Shown piece by piece: positions 40,910 to 50,491 of a stretch of DNA of 64,000 nucleotides. The translations under genes and the position numbers were made by a program. The notes under the pieces are model-generated. The model was not told the origin of the DNA. It made no database searches and worked only from the letters and a program-made list of their open reading frames with translations. Source of the stretch: an uncultured delta proteobacterium. Lineage in GTDB: Bacteria > Desulfobacterota > Binatia > JACPRU01. The stretch's first letter is position 1. Each line of letters begins with the position of its first letter. The stretch covers positions 512,001 to 576,000 of the forward strand of contig CAVUWD010000006.1 of the NCBI GenBank assembly GCA_963745025.1. Direction: 5' to 3'.

Positions 40910-42142
40910 ATGCGTACCAACACCCGACTCCTGATCCTCCTGACAGGCATCAACCTGCTCAACTACCTGGACCGCTACGTGGTGGCGGCGGTACTGGAGC
41001 CCCTGGGCCGGGATCTGCACCTCACGGACGTGCAGCTGGGGCGCCTGCCCTTTGTGTTCGTCGTCGTGTACATGCTCTCGGCGCCCATCTTCGGGTGGCT
41101 GGCGGATCGCTACGACCGGCCCAAGCTCGTGGCCCTGGGTGTGGCGCTCTGGAGCCTCGCTACCATGGGCGCAGCCTTCGTCCATTTCTACCCCGCCCTG
41201 CTCTTCACCCGCTCCCTCGTGGGCGTGGGCGAGGCGGCCTACGCCACGCTGGGACCCGCCATCCTCGCGGACGTGGTGCCCGAGGACGGGCGGGCCGCGA
41301 AGTTTACATGGTTCTACCTCGCGATTCCCGTGGGCAGCGCTTTCGGCTACAGCCTCGGCGGTCTCGTAGCCCAGCACTGGGGCTGGCGCGCCGCCTTCCT
41401 CGTGGCGGGTCTGCCGGGCATCCTCTTCGCCGTGCGCATGACGCTGTTGCCCGACCCTGTGCGGGGTGGCATGGATCGCACGCAGGATCTGGTCGGCAAT
41501 CTTTCCTTCGGGCAACGCCTCGGCGCCATCTTTCGCAACCGCGTGTGGCTGGCGTGCACGGGCAGCTATGTGGCCTATACCTTCGCAATGGGCGCGCTCT
41601 CCCACTGGGGCCCCACCTTGCTGCAGCGCAAATTCGCCGTGAGCACGGGCCAGGCGGGCACGGCGTTCGGCGGCATCGCCGTCATCACCGGCATCGTGGG
41701 CACCTTCCTAGGCGGCTCCCTCACGGATCGCCTGCAGAAGCGCTTCCCCGATGCGGGCGTGTGGATCAGCGGCCTCACGCTGCTGGCGGCGGCCCCGGTG
41801 GTGACCCTCGCCCTGGGCGCCGGCGACCTGCGCCTGGTCTACGCCCTCTTCTTCGCGGGCATGCTGCTGCTCTTCATCAACACGAGCCCGGTGAACGCCC
41901 TCACCGTGAGCAGCCTGCCCGCCTCCGTGCGCGCCACGGGCGTGGCCCTCAACGTACTTCTCATCCACTTGCTGGGGGATGCCATCAGCCCCGAGTGGGT
42001 GGGCCGCCGCAGTGAGGCGCTGCACATCGGCGGAATGGCGGCGGGTGACGCGCTGGGCCACGGCATGCTCATCGCCGTACCCGCGATCCTGCTCTCCGGC
42101 CTCGCCCTGTGGTGGGCACGGAAGCGGGAGGTCGCCGCTTGA
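40910..42142 (+). CDS. MFS transporter (spinster-like)
   Basis: NLLNYLDRY, G.LADRY.R, RSLVGVGEA, IPVGSAFGY, HLLGDAISP. Confidence 0.92.
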   Translation: MRTNTRLLILLTGINLLNYLDRYVVAAVLEPLGRDLHLTDVQLGRLPFVFVVVYMLSAPIFGWLADRYDRPKLVALGVALWSLATMGAAFVHFYPALLFTRSLVGVGEAAYATLGPAILADVVPEDGRAAKFTWFYLAIPVGSAFGYSLGGLVAQHWGWRAAFLVAGLPGILFAVRMTLLPDPVRGGMDRTQDLVGNLSFGQRLGAIFRNRVWLACTGSYVAYTFAMGALSHWGPTLLQRKFAVSTGQAGTAFGGIAVITGIVGTFLGGSLTDRLQKRFPDAGVWISGLTLLAAAPVVTLALGAGDLRLVYALFFAGMLLLFINTSPVNALTVSSLPASVRATGVALNVLLIHLLGDAISPEWVGRRSEALHIGGMAAGDALGHGMLIAVPAILLSGLALWWARKREVAA

Positions 42143-42194
42143 CTCGCGATCGATGCAATAAACGGCCGTGGTGATGCTGGATCCACCACTTCCC

Positions 42195-42376
42195 TTTGCC
42201 GTGAAGTGGCGAAGCGGCGGCAGCTCGCTGGAGTCGACCTGCCGCATCGTGTCGCTCACCGACGTCATCTCCTCCGGCGCCCGGCAGGTGCCGAAGGCAA
42301 TGGCCGCGGCGAGCGCTCCTACCGCGAGCACCCCTACACCGGCCACTGCCAGCACAAGCCACTGAAACCAGACCAT
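42195..42376 (-). pseudogene. 5' stub of a membrane-anchored alpha/beta hydrolase-like gene
   Basis: TM helix then IAFGT..P..M.SV...VD.S.LPP...FTA; breaks off. Confidence 0.5.
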
Positions 42377-42957
42377 TACTCCGTCTTTCGCCACGCTCCG
42401 GAAATCGTCAGCCGGGCGCGGAGCCATCACCACGCGGCGTCCGCAGAGAGATTGTGCGCCTCACTGCTTCCTCGGAAAGATCTCCGAGAGCCATTCGAAC
42501 GCGGCGGGGTTCATGCGGGCCCAGACCCGGGGATTCAGTCCGCCGCGGCCCAGTGCCGGTGGTCGATTTCCCGAAGGGCACGGCTCGGTCGCGCCTTCGC
42601 GCCGCAACGACGACCCCTGCGTATGGCGGCCTTGGTTGGTAGAATCGAGAGTCACTCCGCAGAACTGCTCGTCGAGCAGCGTGGCCTCGCAGCGGCGAAG
42701 GTCGCGGCAAACCGTCGCCAGGAAGCTGTGTGGCTCGTCCGTCCACAACGAGCCGAGCCGACATCGGACGCAGGCGATTCGCAGCAGCATGATCCACCTC
42801 CGGTCGCGAACGCTTCTCTCACGCAACGTGCACGGAGCCCTCCCTGCTCGACTGCCTGCTTGGTCGCTGACAGAAGAGCACGGGTTCCATGCGTTTCTCT
42901 ACACGCTTCCAGCCACTGCACCCCTTGGCTCAGGGCCCACTGCCAACCCGCTTCGGA

Positions 42958-43230
42958 TTAGGAGAGCCCTCTTTTCGCTGGTCTTCCGCTATGTTCTGGT
43001 CTCTGGAGTGCCTTCAGAAGCTCGCCGCATCGCTGGATCGCTCGCGCCTGGATCCGTATCGCCATCTTGTGCAGGCTATCGTCTTGCGTCTGCTTCGCGT
43101 AGCTCGCAAGCGCTTCGGCGCGATCTGCCCAATCCTTGCACTCGTCGATTCGCGAGCACGCCTCGAGCGAGGCCTTCGCCTTCACGTAAGAGGATCTCAC
43201 GCCCGAGCTCGCGCCGCGGGACTGGAGCAT
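42958..43230 (-). pseudogene. phage-type hypothetical protein fragment fused to a short foreign start
   Basis: AK..L..CSRIDECKDWADRAEALASYAKQ..D..L...RIQARA..RCGELL. Confidence 0.6.
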
Positions 43231-43253
43231 CGTGAGCCCGTCCCCCCGGCGGC

Positions 43254-43601
43254 TCATCGCCACTCCGCCCACGAGCGGGCGGTGGACGGCCGCCCCGACC
43301 GGCGGCGCTCCATCCGGCGTCGCAGGCCTTCGGAGGCGCGCGCGGCGGCCCGCGACACCGCGGCGTACAGATCCTCGTCCACGTCGTCGACCACGACCGC
43401 GCCGCCGGGTGCCGCCGTCTGAACGACGATGCGGCACTGCTTGTCGGGGCCGCCGTGATCGCCGTTGCGGTCGAGGAGACGCACCGACACGCGCCGGATG
43501 CGCTCGCAGTGACGGCCGAGGGCGCCGTGCAGCCGCCGCTCGACGTGATCGAGCAGCGCGGGGGTGAGCCAGAGGTTCCTGCCGCGGATCTCCATTCGCA
43601 T
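43254..43601 (-). CDS. HPF/RaiA-family ribosome-associated protein
   Basis: HVERRL..AL...IRRVSVRL.D.NG..GG.DK.C...DLYAAV..A. Confidence 0.85.
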   Translation of the reverse strand: MRMEIRGRNLWLTPALLDHVERRLHGALGRHCERIRRVSVRLLDRNGDHGGPDKQCRIVVQTAAPGGAVVVDDVDEDLYAAVSRAAARASEGLRRRMERRRSGRPSTARSWAEWR

Positions 43602-43646
43602 GTCCGTTCTCCCTTCGTCTCGCTCGGCGATAGCCCCTGGCCATCC

Positions 43647-43661
43647 ATCGAGCAAAGAGAT
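43647..43661. promoter_or_regulatory. LysR-type binding motif
   Basis: ATC-N9-GAT (ATCGAGCAAAGAGAT) between divergent hpf-like gene and nhaR. Confidence 0.45.
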
Positions 43662-43695
43662 AATTTGCGCTCGACCCATAGAGCCAATCGAAGCG

Positions 43696-44682
43696 ATGGA
43701 ATGGCTGAACTACCATCACCTGTTCTACTTCTGGCTCGCCGCCCGCGAGGGCGGCGTCAGCCGCGCGGCCGATCAGCTGCGCCTCGCCCAGCCCACGCTG
43801 AGCGCCCAGATCCGCTCCCTCGAGGGTATGCTCGGTGAGAAGCTCTTCCGCCGCCGCGGCCGCACGCTCGTGCCGACCGAGGTCGGGCGCGTCGTCTACC
43901 AGTACGCCGACGACATCTTCGCCCTCGGACGCGAGTTGCTCGACACCGTGCGCGATCGTCCGACGGGCCGGCCGCTGCGCTTGACCGTCGGCGTCGTCGA
44001 CGTGGTGCCGAAGCTCGTCGCCTACGAGCTCTTGAAGCCGGTCTTCGCGCTCGGCACGCCGGTCCGCGTCGTCTGTCGCGAGGGCAAGGCCGATCTACTG
44101 CTCGTCGAGCTCGCGGCCCACGAGCTCGACGTGGTCGTCGCCGACCGCGCGCCGGCTCCGGGGACACCGGTCCGCGCCTTCGCCCGGCCGCTCGGCGAAT
44201 CGGAGGTGACGTTCTTCGCCGCCGCCCCGCTCGCGCGCCGGCGTCGTCGCGGCTTTCCGCGCTCGCTCGACGGCGCGCCGTTCCTGCTGCCCGCGGAGAC
44301 GACGACGCTGCGCCGCTCCCTCGACGAGTGGTTCGACGAGCACGGTGTGCGGCCGAACCCCGTCTGCGAGTTCGAGGACAGCGCGCTCGCCATGGCGTTC
44401 GGACAGGCGGGCCTCGGCTTCTTCGCGGCGCCGTCGATCCTCGAGCGCGAGATCCGGCGCCAGTACCGAGTGGTGCCGGTCGGACGGGCGGCGGGGATCC
44501 GCGAGCGCTTCTACGCCATCTCCGTCGAGCGGCGGCTGAAGCATCCCGCGTTGATCGCCATCGACGAGTCGGCCCGCCGCACGCTCGGTCCCGAGCTCGG
44601 CGGCCCGCGAGAGGCGCCCGCTAAGCCTTCCGGATCTCGTCCCGCGCGCGCTCGAACACGTCGTCGAGCATCGCTTCGGTGA
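43696..44682 (+). CDS. nhaR: LysR-family transcriptional activator NhaR
   Basis: [58 protein letters not shown]. Confidence 0.9.
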   Translation: MEWLNYHHLFYFWLAAREGGVSRAADQLRLAQPTLSAQIRSLEGMLGEKLFRRRGRTLVPTEVGRVVYQYADDIFALGRELLDTVRDRPTGRPLRLTVGVVDVVPKLVAYELLKPVFALGTPVRVVCREGKADLLLVELAAHELDVVVADRAPAPGTPVRAFARPLGESEVTFFAAAPLARRRRRGFPRSLDGAPFLLPAETTTLRRSLDEWFDEHGVRPNPVCEFEDSALAMAFGQAGLGFFAAPSILEREIRRQYRVVPVGRAAGIRERFYAISVERRLKHPALIAIDESARRTLGPELGGPREAPAKPSGSRPARARTRRRASLR

Positions 44683-44716
44683 GCCGTCCCGTGAAGGTGT
44701 TCTGCTGGCTCGGGTG
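44621..44716 (-). pseudogene. uracil-DNA glycosylase (family 5, UdgB-like) C-terminal remnant
   Basis: [21 protein letters not shown]...stop at 44621; upstream homology absent. Confidence 0.75.
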
Positions 44717-45017
44717 GTGGTTTCAAAGCTCCTTGCCTTGGCGTCTGAGGGAAACGAAAGCAGCGAGGATCAGGGCGAGAAGCGAGAGGAGGATCGTCGC
44801 GCCGTCCTCCGGACGGTGCTTACCTGCAGGAGTCCATTGGGCGGTCCGGGCCTTTGGGTGACTCTCCTGTGCCGTATCGTCGGGAAGGCCGAACTTTACG
44901 TCACCATTGCTCAGAAACACCGCCTCCGCGTCGGCGTGCTCGTGCATGACTCGTGCGGCCCGTAGCGGCGCTCAGTCCCGCGTCGGGCGCGGCTATCAAG
45001 CGTATTCGACTCGGAAC

Positions 45018-45380
45018 TCAGGCGCGTCGGCGGGCGGCGACCCCCGGCTGGATGTGGTCGATCTGCGACGCCAGCCGGTCGTGGAGGCTCTCGCAAACGA
45101 CTTCGCAGAGATCGAAGACCGTGGAATCGGCGATCCGGTAGAACACGCGAAGACCGTCCTTGCGGCGGCTCACGAGCCCCGCCTGCTGCAACACGCCGAG
45201 ATGCTTGGAGACGTTGGCCTGCAGGCCATCGACCGCATCGATGATCTCGCCGACCGTGCGCTCGCCGTCCCACAGCGCATGGAGGATCTTCAGGCGCATC
45301 GGCTCGGCGAGCACCTTGAATCGCTCGGCGATCATTGCGAGCGCCGCCTCGGACAGTTCTCGTCTCACATGCTTCGCCAC
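45018..45380 (-). CDS. ArsR/SmtB-family regulator
   Basis: FKVLAEPMRLKIL, QANVSKHL, GLV.RRKDG..VFY, DLCEVVC. Confidence 0.9.
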   Translation of the reverse strand: MAKHVRRELSEAALAMIAERFKVLAEPMRLKILHALWDGERTVGEIIDAVDGLQANVSKHLGVLQQAGLVSRRKDGLRVFYRIADSTVFDLCEVVCESLHDRLASQIDHIQPGVAARRRA

Positions 45381-45499
45381 GGACGCTTTCCTCGACCAGA
45401 CTCTACTATATTACTGGACCGCGAATTGGTGTTAGGGTAATGTATCATGCGTGGTCCCTTCCCGCAACGGGCGCCGTGTCGGAATCCCGTTCAGACGAG

Positions 45500-45694
45500 A
45501 TACGAGTCAGACTTCTCGGAGCCCCCTACCCGCTCCTCGGCGCTCGCACCGGCATCGCGCTCGTCAAGAAAGGCGACATCCTCAGCCGGCTGCTCACCGA
45601 TCCGGACTGTGCGCCCGAGGTGGCCGCCGGATGCCGCATGACCGGAATCATTTCATCGGCGCCGACGAGCGCCGGAGAGGTCATTGCCCCCTGA
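45500..45694 (+). pseudogene. TusA/SirA-like sulfur carrier remnant
   Basis: P.PLL.A......GDIL..L.TDP....V...C..TG pattern, catalytic CPxP eroded. Confidence 0.45.
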
Positions 45695-45713
45695 TCCAGA
45701 AAGGACTCGTGCC

Positions 45714-46097
45714 ATGGCCAAGTCACTGAAGGACCTCGTTGCCGACGCGAAGAGCCGCATCCGAGAGATCAGCGCCTCGGACGCGGCCGAGGCGATCAAG
45801 AAGAACCCCAACACCCTGGTGCTCGACGTGCGCGAGCCGGCGGAGTGGGCGGAGGGTCACCTGCCCGGCGCGCTGCTCGTGCCGCGCGGCATGCTCGAGG
45901 CCAAGGCCGATCTCGAGTATGCGAACCGCGAGCCGCGCCTCGCCGATCGGAGCCAGCCGATCATCGTTCACTGCGCGAGCGCGGCGCGGAGCGCCATGGC
46001 CGCCGACGTTCTGCAGCAGATGGGCTTCACGAACGTCCGCTCGCTGGCCGGCGGCATCATCGCGTGGAAGGAGAAGGGGCTGCCGATCGAGAAGTAG
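45714..46097 (+). CDS. rhodanese-like sulfurtransferase
   Basis: LDVREP.EW..GHLPGA, HCASAARS, SLAGG..AW. Confidence 0.92.
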   Translation: MAKSLKDLVADAKSRIREISASDAAEAIKKNPNTLVLDVREPAEWAEGHLPGALLVPRGMLEAKADLEYANREPRLADRSQPIIVHCASAARSAMAADVLQQMGFTNVRSLAGGIIAWKEKGLPIEK

Positions 46098-46316
46098 CCC
46101 GCATCGCTCTCCCCACTGGATCGACGGGGGTCCGACGAGGACCCGCGCGAGCCCGCATGACTCGTTGACGGCGAACCCGCCGTGCTACGTTCTCGCCGCG
46201 TCCTTCCGCCAGTCACGTTGAAGCCGCCATCGCGGCGCCGCCCTCGCGCCGTCGCCGCCGTGCTCGCTGTCCGGTGCTCACAGCCAACGCCGATCCTCGG
46301 CCGTCTCCGGTCGGCG

Positions 46317-46610
46317 CTAGAGCGCCCGGCACTCCGTCTTCAACGGCTGGCCCCGCAGACAGCGGATGGTGCTCGTCATCCCCGACGTGAGCCATGCGCA
46401 GGCGTTATCGGTCGCGCTCCTCAGCGCTTCCTCGCGGCGCGCGGCGCTCGCCGAGCGGCAGACCTCCCGCCCGTCGAATCGCATGCAGACTTCGCACTCG
46501 ACCGCGCTCACCTGAAGGCTCGAGTAGACGACGAAGCCGATTACCGGCGTGAGCACCACGACCGCCGCGATCAGGTTCCGCCACGAGCCGCCTCTTCGAG
46601 CTTCCGGCAT
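46317..46610 (-). CDS. small membrane-anchored Cys-rich hypothetical protein
   Basis: TM helix, CEVC..F.GR..C, NAC, C...P....C. Confidence 0.65.
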   Translation of the reverse strand: MPEARRGGSWRNLIAAVVVLTPVIGFVVYSSLQVSAVECEVCMRFDGREVCRSASAARREEALRSATDNACAWLTSGMTSTIRCLRGQPLKTECRAL

Positions 46611-46689
46611 GGGCCGTTTCTCGCTCGATCCGAGCGCGCGGTCAAATCGGCCGCTTCCCGTCGGCCGCGAACCTAGCTAAACCTTCTTC

Positions 46690-47526
46690 ATGGGCGCCAG
46701 CGACCTGTTCTGGATCTTCTTCATCTTCTCCGCGCTCCAGCCGCTGATGCGCCAGAAGATCCTCGAAGTGAGCCGCCAGCGACTGATCGCCAAGCTCGAG
46801 CGGGCGCGCGGATCTCGGGTGATCCTCATCGTCCACCGCCAGGAGACCATGGCGCTGCTCGGCTTTCCCGTCTTCCGCTACATCGACATCAACGATTCCG
46901 AAGAGATCCTCCGTGCGATGCACATGACCGATCCACGCGTGGCGATCGACGTCGTGCTGCATACCCCGGGCGGCCTCGTGCTCGCCGCCTTGCAGATCGC
47001 CAGAGCCATCCACAAGCGGCCGGGGAAGGTCACCGTGTTCGTGCCGCACTACGCCATGTCCGGTGGAACCTTGATCGCGCTCGCCGCCGACGAGATCGTC
47101 ATGAGCGAGCACGCGATGCTCGGTCCCGTCGATCCCCAGCTCGGACAATATCCCGCCTCATCGATCCTACAAGCGGTGGCGCGCAAGCCCGTGCAGGACG
47201 TCGACGACGCCACGCTCATCCTCGCCGATCAGGCCGAGAAAGCGACGGTGCAGCTCCGCGCCGCCGTGAAGGAGTTTCTTGTAGACGAGATGCCGCCCGA
47301 GAGGAGCGAAGAGCTCGCTGCCTTGCTCACCGGCGGTACCTGGACGCACGACTACGGGATCACGTTCGAGGCGGCGAAGGCACTAGGGCTCAACGTGCGA
47401 AGCGACATTCCCGACGACGTGCTTCACCTGATGAGCCTCTTCCCGCAGCCGAAGCGTCAGGGCGTGGAGTACTTGCCCTTTCCGTACCGCTACAAGGAAC
47501 CGCAGCCGCCGCGAGCCAGAAGCTGA
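46690..47526 (+). CDS. SDH-family ClpP-like serine peptidase
   Basis: HRQE, LHTPGGLV.AA.QI, PHYAMSGGTLIAL, GPVDPQ, WTHDY. Confidence 0.9.
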   Translation: MGASDLFWIFFIFSALQPLMRQKILEVSRQRLIAKLERARGSRVILIVHRQETMALLGFPVFRYIDINDSEEILRAMHMTDPRVAIDVVLHTPGGLVLAALQIARAIHKRPGKVTVFVPHYAMSGGTLIALAADEIVMSEHAMLGPVDPQLGQYPASSILQAVARKPVQDVDDATLILADQAEKATVQLRAAVKEFLVDEMPPERSEELAALLTGGTWTHDYGITFEAAKALGLNVRSDIPDDVLHLMSLFPQPKRQGVEYLPFPYRYKEPQPPRARS

Positions 47527-47665
47527 GGACGGTGGAACCGGGTCGACGCCAGGTCGTTGCGATCGGCGCCGGACCGGCCAAGCGCACCCTTCTCTCGGCA
47601 AGAGCCTGCAGAACGCGGCACGCGTCATCGCCGACTTTCTGCTCCCGGCGCTCTGAGAAAATGGC

Positions 47666-48460
47666 CTACGGGGATCCGTGTTGGGTACGGAGAAGCGCTT
47701 CGACCTCTTGGTGCTTTGCCTTCTTGGCTAGGCTCGCCGCCGTGTTTCCGTCCTGGTCACGGACGTCGACGCGAGCCCCGCGCGCGACGAGCTCGCGCAC
47801 CACGTCGGTCCGCCCATCGGCCGCTCCGAACATCAAGGCCGTGCGGCCGGCGTCGTCGTGCGCGTCGATCGCCACCCGCCGCCCGAGAAGAATCTTCACG
47901 ACCTCCAAGTGACCGCCGGCCGCGGCGGCCATCAACGCGTTCGTGCCCGAGCTCGTGATCGCGTGCGGATCCGCCCCGTGAGCGAGTAGCTGCTCCGACA
48001 CGACGACCTCTCCCCTCGCCGCGGCGAGAATCAGTGGACTCACCCCCTTGTCGTTCGTCGCGTTGACCTCGGCGCGATACTCGAGCAACGCCTCGACGAG
48101 CGCTTCGTGACCATCCTCGGCGGCGACCATCAAGAGCGACGAGCCTTCCGGCGTCTTCTGGTTGGCATCGCCTCCCTGCCGAAGCAGCTCGCGGGTCTTG
48201 GCGACGTCGCCGAATCCAACGGCGTCGAGCAGCGCCTCACGTGGGTCCGTGGGCGTCTCGACGTCCGGCTTCGGGCTGCGAGGAGACGGCAACGTGCAGC
48301 CCGAGACTGCCAGCCAAAGCAGCACCGTCGCGCCGAGCCGCAGCCAGCGGAAGCGATCGGGCTCAAACCCACCGACGCAGGTTGCTGTTGCGCTCTTCAA
48401 GCAGGGGCCTCGGGATTTCGACGAGAATCGACGGTACACCTCGATCCGCCGCTTCCGCAA
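47666..48460 (-). CDS. ankyrin repeat lipoprotein
   Basis: Repeats G.T/S.L..AA..G...V..LL..GA; lipobox-like VSGC; start uncertain. Confidence 0.85.
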   Translation of the reverse strand: MRKRRIEVYRRFSSKSRGPCLKSATATCVGGFEPDRFRWLRLGATVLLWLAVSGCTLPSPRSPKPDVETPTDPREALLDAVGFGDVAKTRELLRQGGDANQKTPEGSSLLMVAAEDGHEALVEALLEYRAEVNATNDKGVSPLILAAARGEVVVSEQLLAHGADPHAITSSGTNALMAAAAGGHLEVVKILLGRRVAIDAHDDAGRTALMFGAADGRTDVVRELVARGARVDVRDQDGNTAASLAKKAKHQEVEALLRTQHGSP

Positions 48461-48637
48461 CCATTTCTATCGCGCGCCATTTCTCATCGCGCGTCCCTCA
48501 TCGCGACCGCCAGAAGGACATCCACCGAGACCCAGCAGACTGGAGTTCGAGCGGGACCGCGCGCGGACTCGCCCCGCATTCGCTGCGCGCGGCGCGGGCG
48601 CCCGAGGCCGACGCCACCCGCGCGAATTTCGGAGAGC

Positions 48638-50491
48638 CTAAGAGCCCCAGAGCAGCTCGCGGAGGCCGGACATCCGCTCGATCCTCCGCTCGATCGCCTG
48701 CCGGAACACCGCGCGGGACCCGTGCAGGACGACGCGTCGACGGGCGCGCGTGACGGCGGTGTAGAGAAGCTCACGAGTCAGCACGGGAGACGCTTCCTCG
48801 GGAAGCAACACGACCACGTCGTCGAATTCGGAGCCCTGGCTCTTGTGCACGGTCATCGCGAACGCCGTCTCGTGGGCGGGAAGGCGCGAGGGAGAGAGCC
48901 ACCGCTCGGCGCCGTTCTCCCCCAGAAAGAAGGCAAGGCTCGCCCCGTCGCGCTCGGTCATCAAGCCGACGTCTCCATTGTAGAGCCGAAGCGCGTAATC
49001 GTTCCGGGTCACCAGGACGAGCCTTCCGGAGGCGCCTCCCTCTCCCAGCACGCCTCGCTCCACGAGCGACCGCTCGACCAGACCGTTCAGCGCCTCGACA
49101 CCGAAGCGGCCGCGCCGGTGCGCGCAGAGCACGCGGAAGCACTCGAGCGCCGCGAGCCTCCTCCGCGCGTCCGGTTCGCGAAGACAGGCGACGAGCCTGT
49201 CCGCGATCCAGTCGCCGACGGCAGGGACGATTTCCTCTCGCGGGCCCGGCTCGACGAGCGATACGGCGCCAGGTCCGGATTCCGCGATCACGTCGAGCGC
49301 TTCGTCGGCTCTTCCCCCGTTGATCGCCCGCGCCAGCCGACCGATGGCGCTCTCGTCACCGTAGCGGTAGCTCCGCGTCAGCTCGACGATCGAATCCCAT
49401 ATGCCGCTCTGTGGGGGCGCAGCCAGCTGGATCGGAAGGGGATCGCCCGAGAGCCGCCGGACTTGCTCGACCCAGGCGGCCGAGTAGCTGCGCGTGCCGC
49501 CGGTGTTGCAGACGTCTCCGAGCACGGCCCCCGCCTCCACCGACGCGAGCTGATCCTTGTCGCCGAGGAGAACGAGCCGCGCGCGCGGCGGAACCGCCCG
49601 CACGAGTCGCGCCATCAGCGCCAGGTCGACCATGGAGGCCTCGTCGACGAGCACGACGTCGGCGGCGAGAGGATTGTCCTCGTCGCGTCTAAAGCGCGCG
49701 ATGGAGCCGAAGCCCATTCCGAGCGCCCGATGGATCGTCGAAGCCGCCTCGGGGATCGCCTGCTTGGCCGCGTCGCTCGAGCGCAGATCTCGCCTCGCCC
49801 TCTGCAGCGCTTCGCTCAAGCGCCGCGCCGCCTTGCCGGTCGGCGCGACGAGCGTCATGCGCGGCAGACGCTCGTTTCGCGCGAGCGCCTGCTCGGCGAG
49901 CAGGACGAGGATCTTCGCCACCGTGAACGTCTTGCCCGTGCCCGGTCCCCCGGAGATCACGCAGAAGCTGCGGAGTACCGCGGTCAGCGCCGCCACCCGC
50001 TGCCAGTCGGGCTCGCCGCCCGAGGGAGAATCGAACAGCCGTCCGAGGCCCTCCCGTAACACCTCGGCATCGACTTCCGGCCGCGTCTCGCGAGCGCGCC
50101 GCAGGATCTCGCTCGCCAGCCGCTGCTGGTGATCCCAGTATCGGCGCAGGTAGAGACGATTTCCCTGGTCTAGGACGAGGGGCGGCGGCTCCGGCGCCCT
50201 GATCGCGGCGCTCACCTCGACGAGCTTGCTTGAGCGAAGGCTTTCGAGCCAGGCCCGAGCGTCGGGCCAGGCACGGTCGTCGAGCGGCCGTCCCTCGTCG
50301 TCGACGAGCGCGGGTGGTCGACCGACGTCGAGACAGACGTGGCGCTCGGCCACCTGTCGACTCACCAGCGCGGCCGCGAGCAACACGTCCGCCCGGCTCT
50401 CACCGCTGAGACGCTCCAGCGCGCGCGCAAAGTGCAGGTCGAGGGAAGACAAGAATCCGCGGCCGCGGAGCTCTTCGAGGTCCGGGATCAC
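48638..50491 (-). CDS. recD: exodeoxyribonuclease V alpha subunit
   Basis: YLRRYW, DWQRVA, ISGGPGTGKT, APTGKAA, VDEASMVD, GDKDQLASV, TVHKSQGSEF. Confidence 0.95.
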   Translation of the reverse strand: MIPDLEELRGRGFLSSLDLHFARALERLSGESRADVLLAAALVSRQVAERHVCLDVGRPPALVDDEGRPLDDRAWPDARAWLESLRSSKLVEVSAAIRAPEPPPLVLDQGNRLYLRRYWDHQQRLASEILRRARETRPEVDAEVLREGLGRLFDSPSGGEPDWQRVAALTAVLRSFCVISGGPGTGKTFTVAKILVLLAEQALARNERLPRMTLVAPTGKAARRLSEALQRARRDLRSSDAAKQAIPEAASTIHRALGMGFGSIARFRRDEDNPLAADVVLVDEASMVDLALMARLVRAVPPRARLVLLGDKDQLASVEAGAVLGDVCNTGGTRSYSAAWVEQVRRLSGDPLPIQLAAPPQSGIWDSIVELTRSYRYGDESAIGRLARAINGGRADEALDVIAESGPGAVSLVEPGPREEIVPAVGDWIADRLVACLREPDARRRLAALECFRVLCAHRRGRFGVEALNGLVERSLVERGVLGEGGASGRLVLVTRNDYALRLYNGDVGLMTERDGASLAFFLGENGAERWLSPSRLPAHETAFAMTVHKSQGSEFDDVVVLLPEEASPVLTRELLYTAVTRARRRVVLHGSRAVFRQAIERRIERMSGLRELLWGS

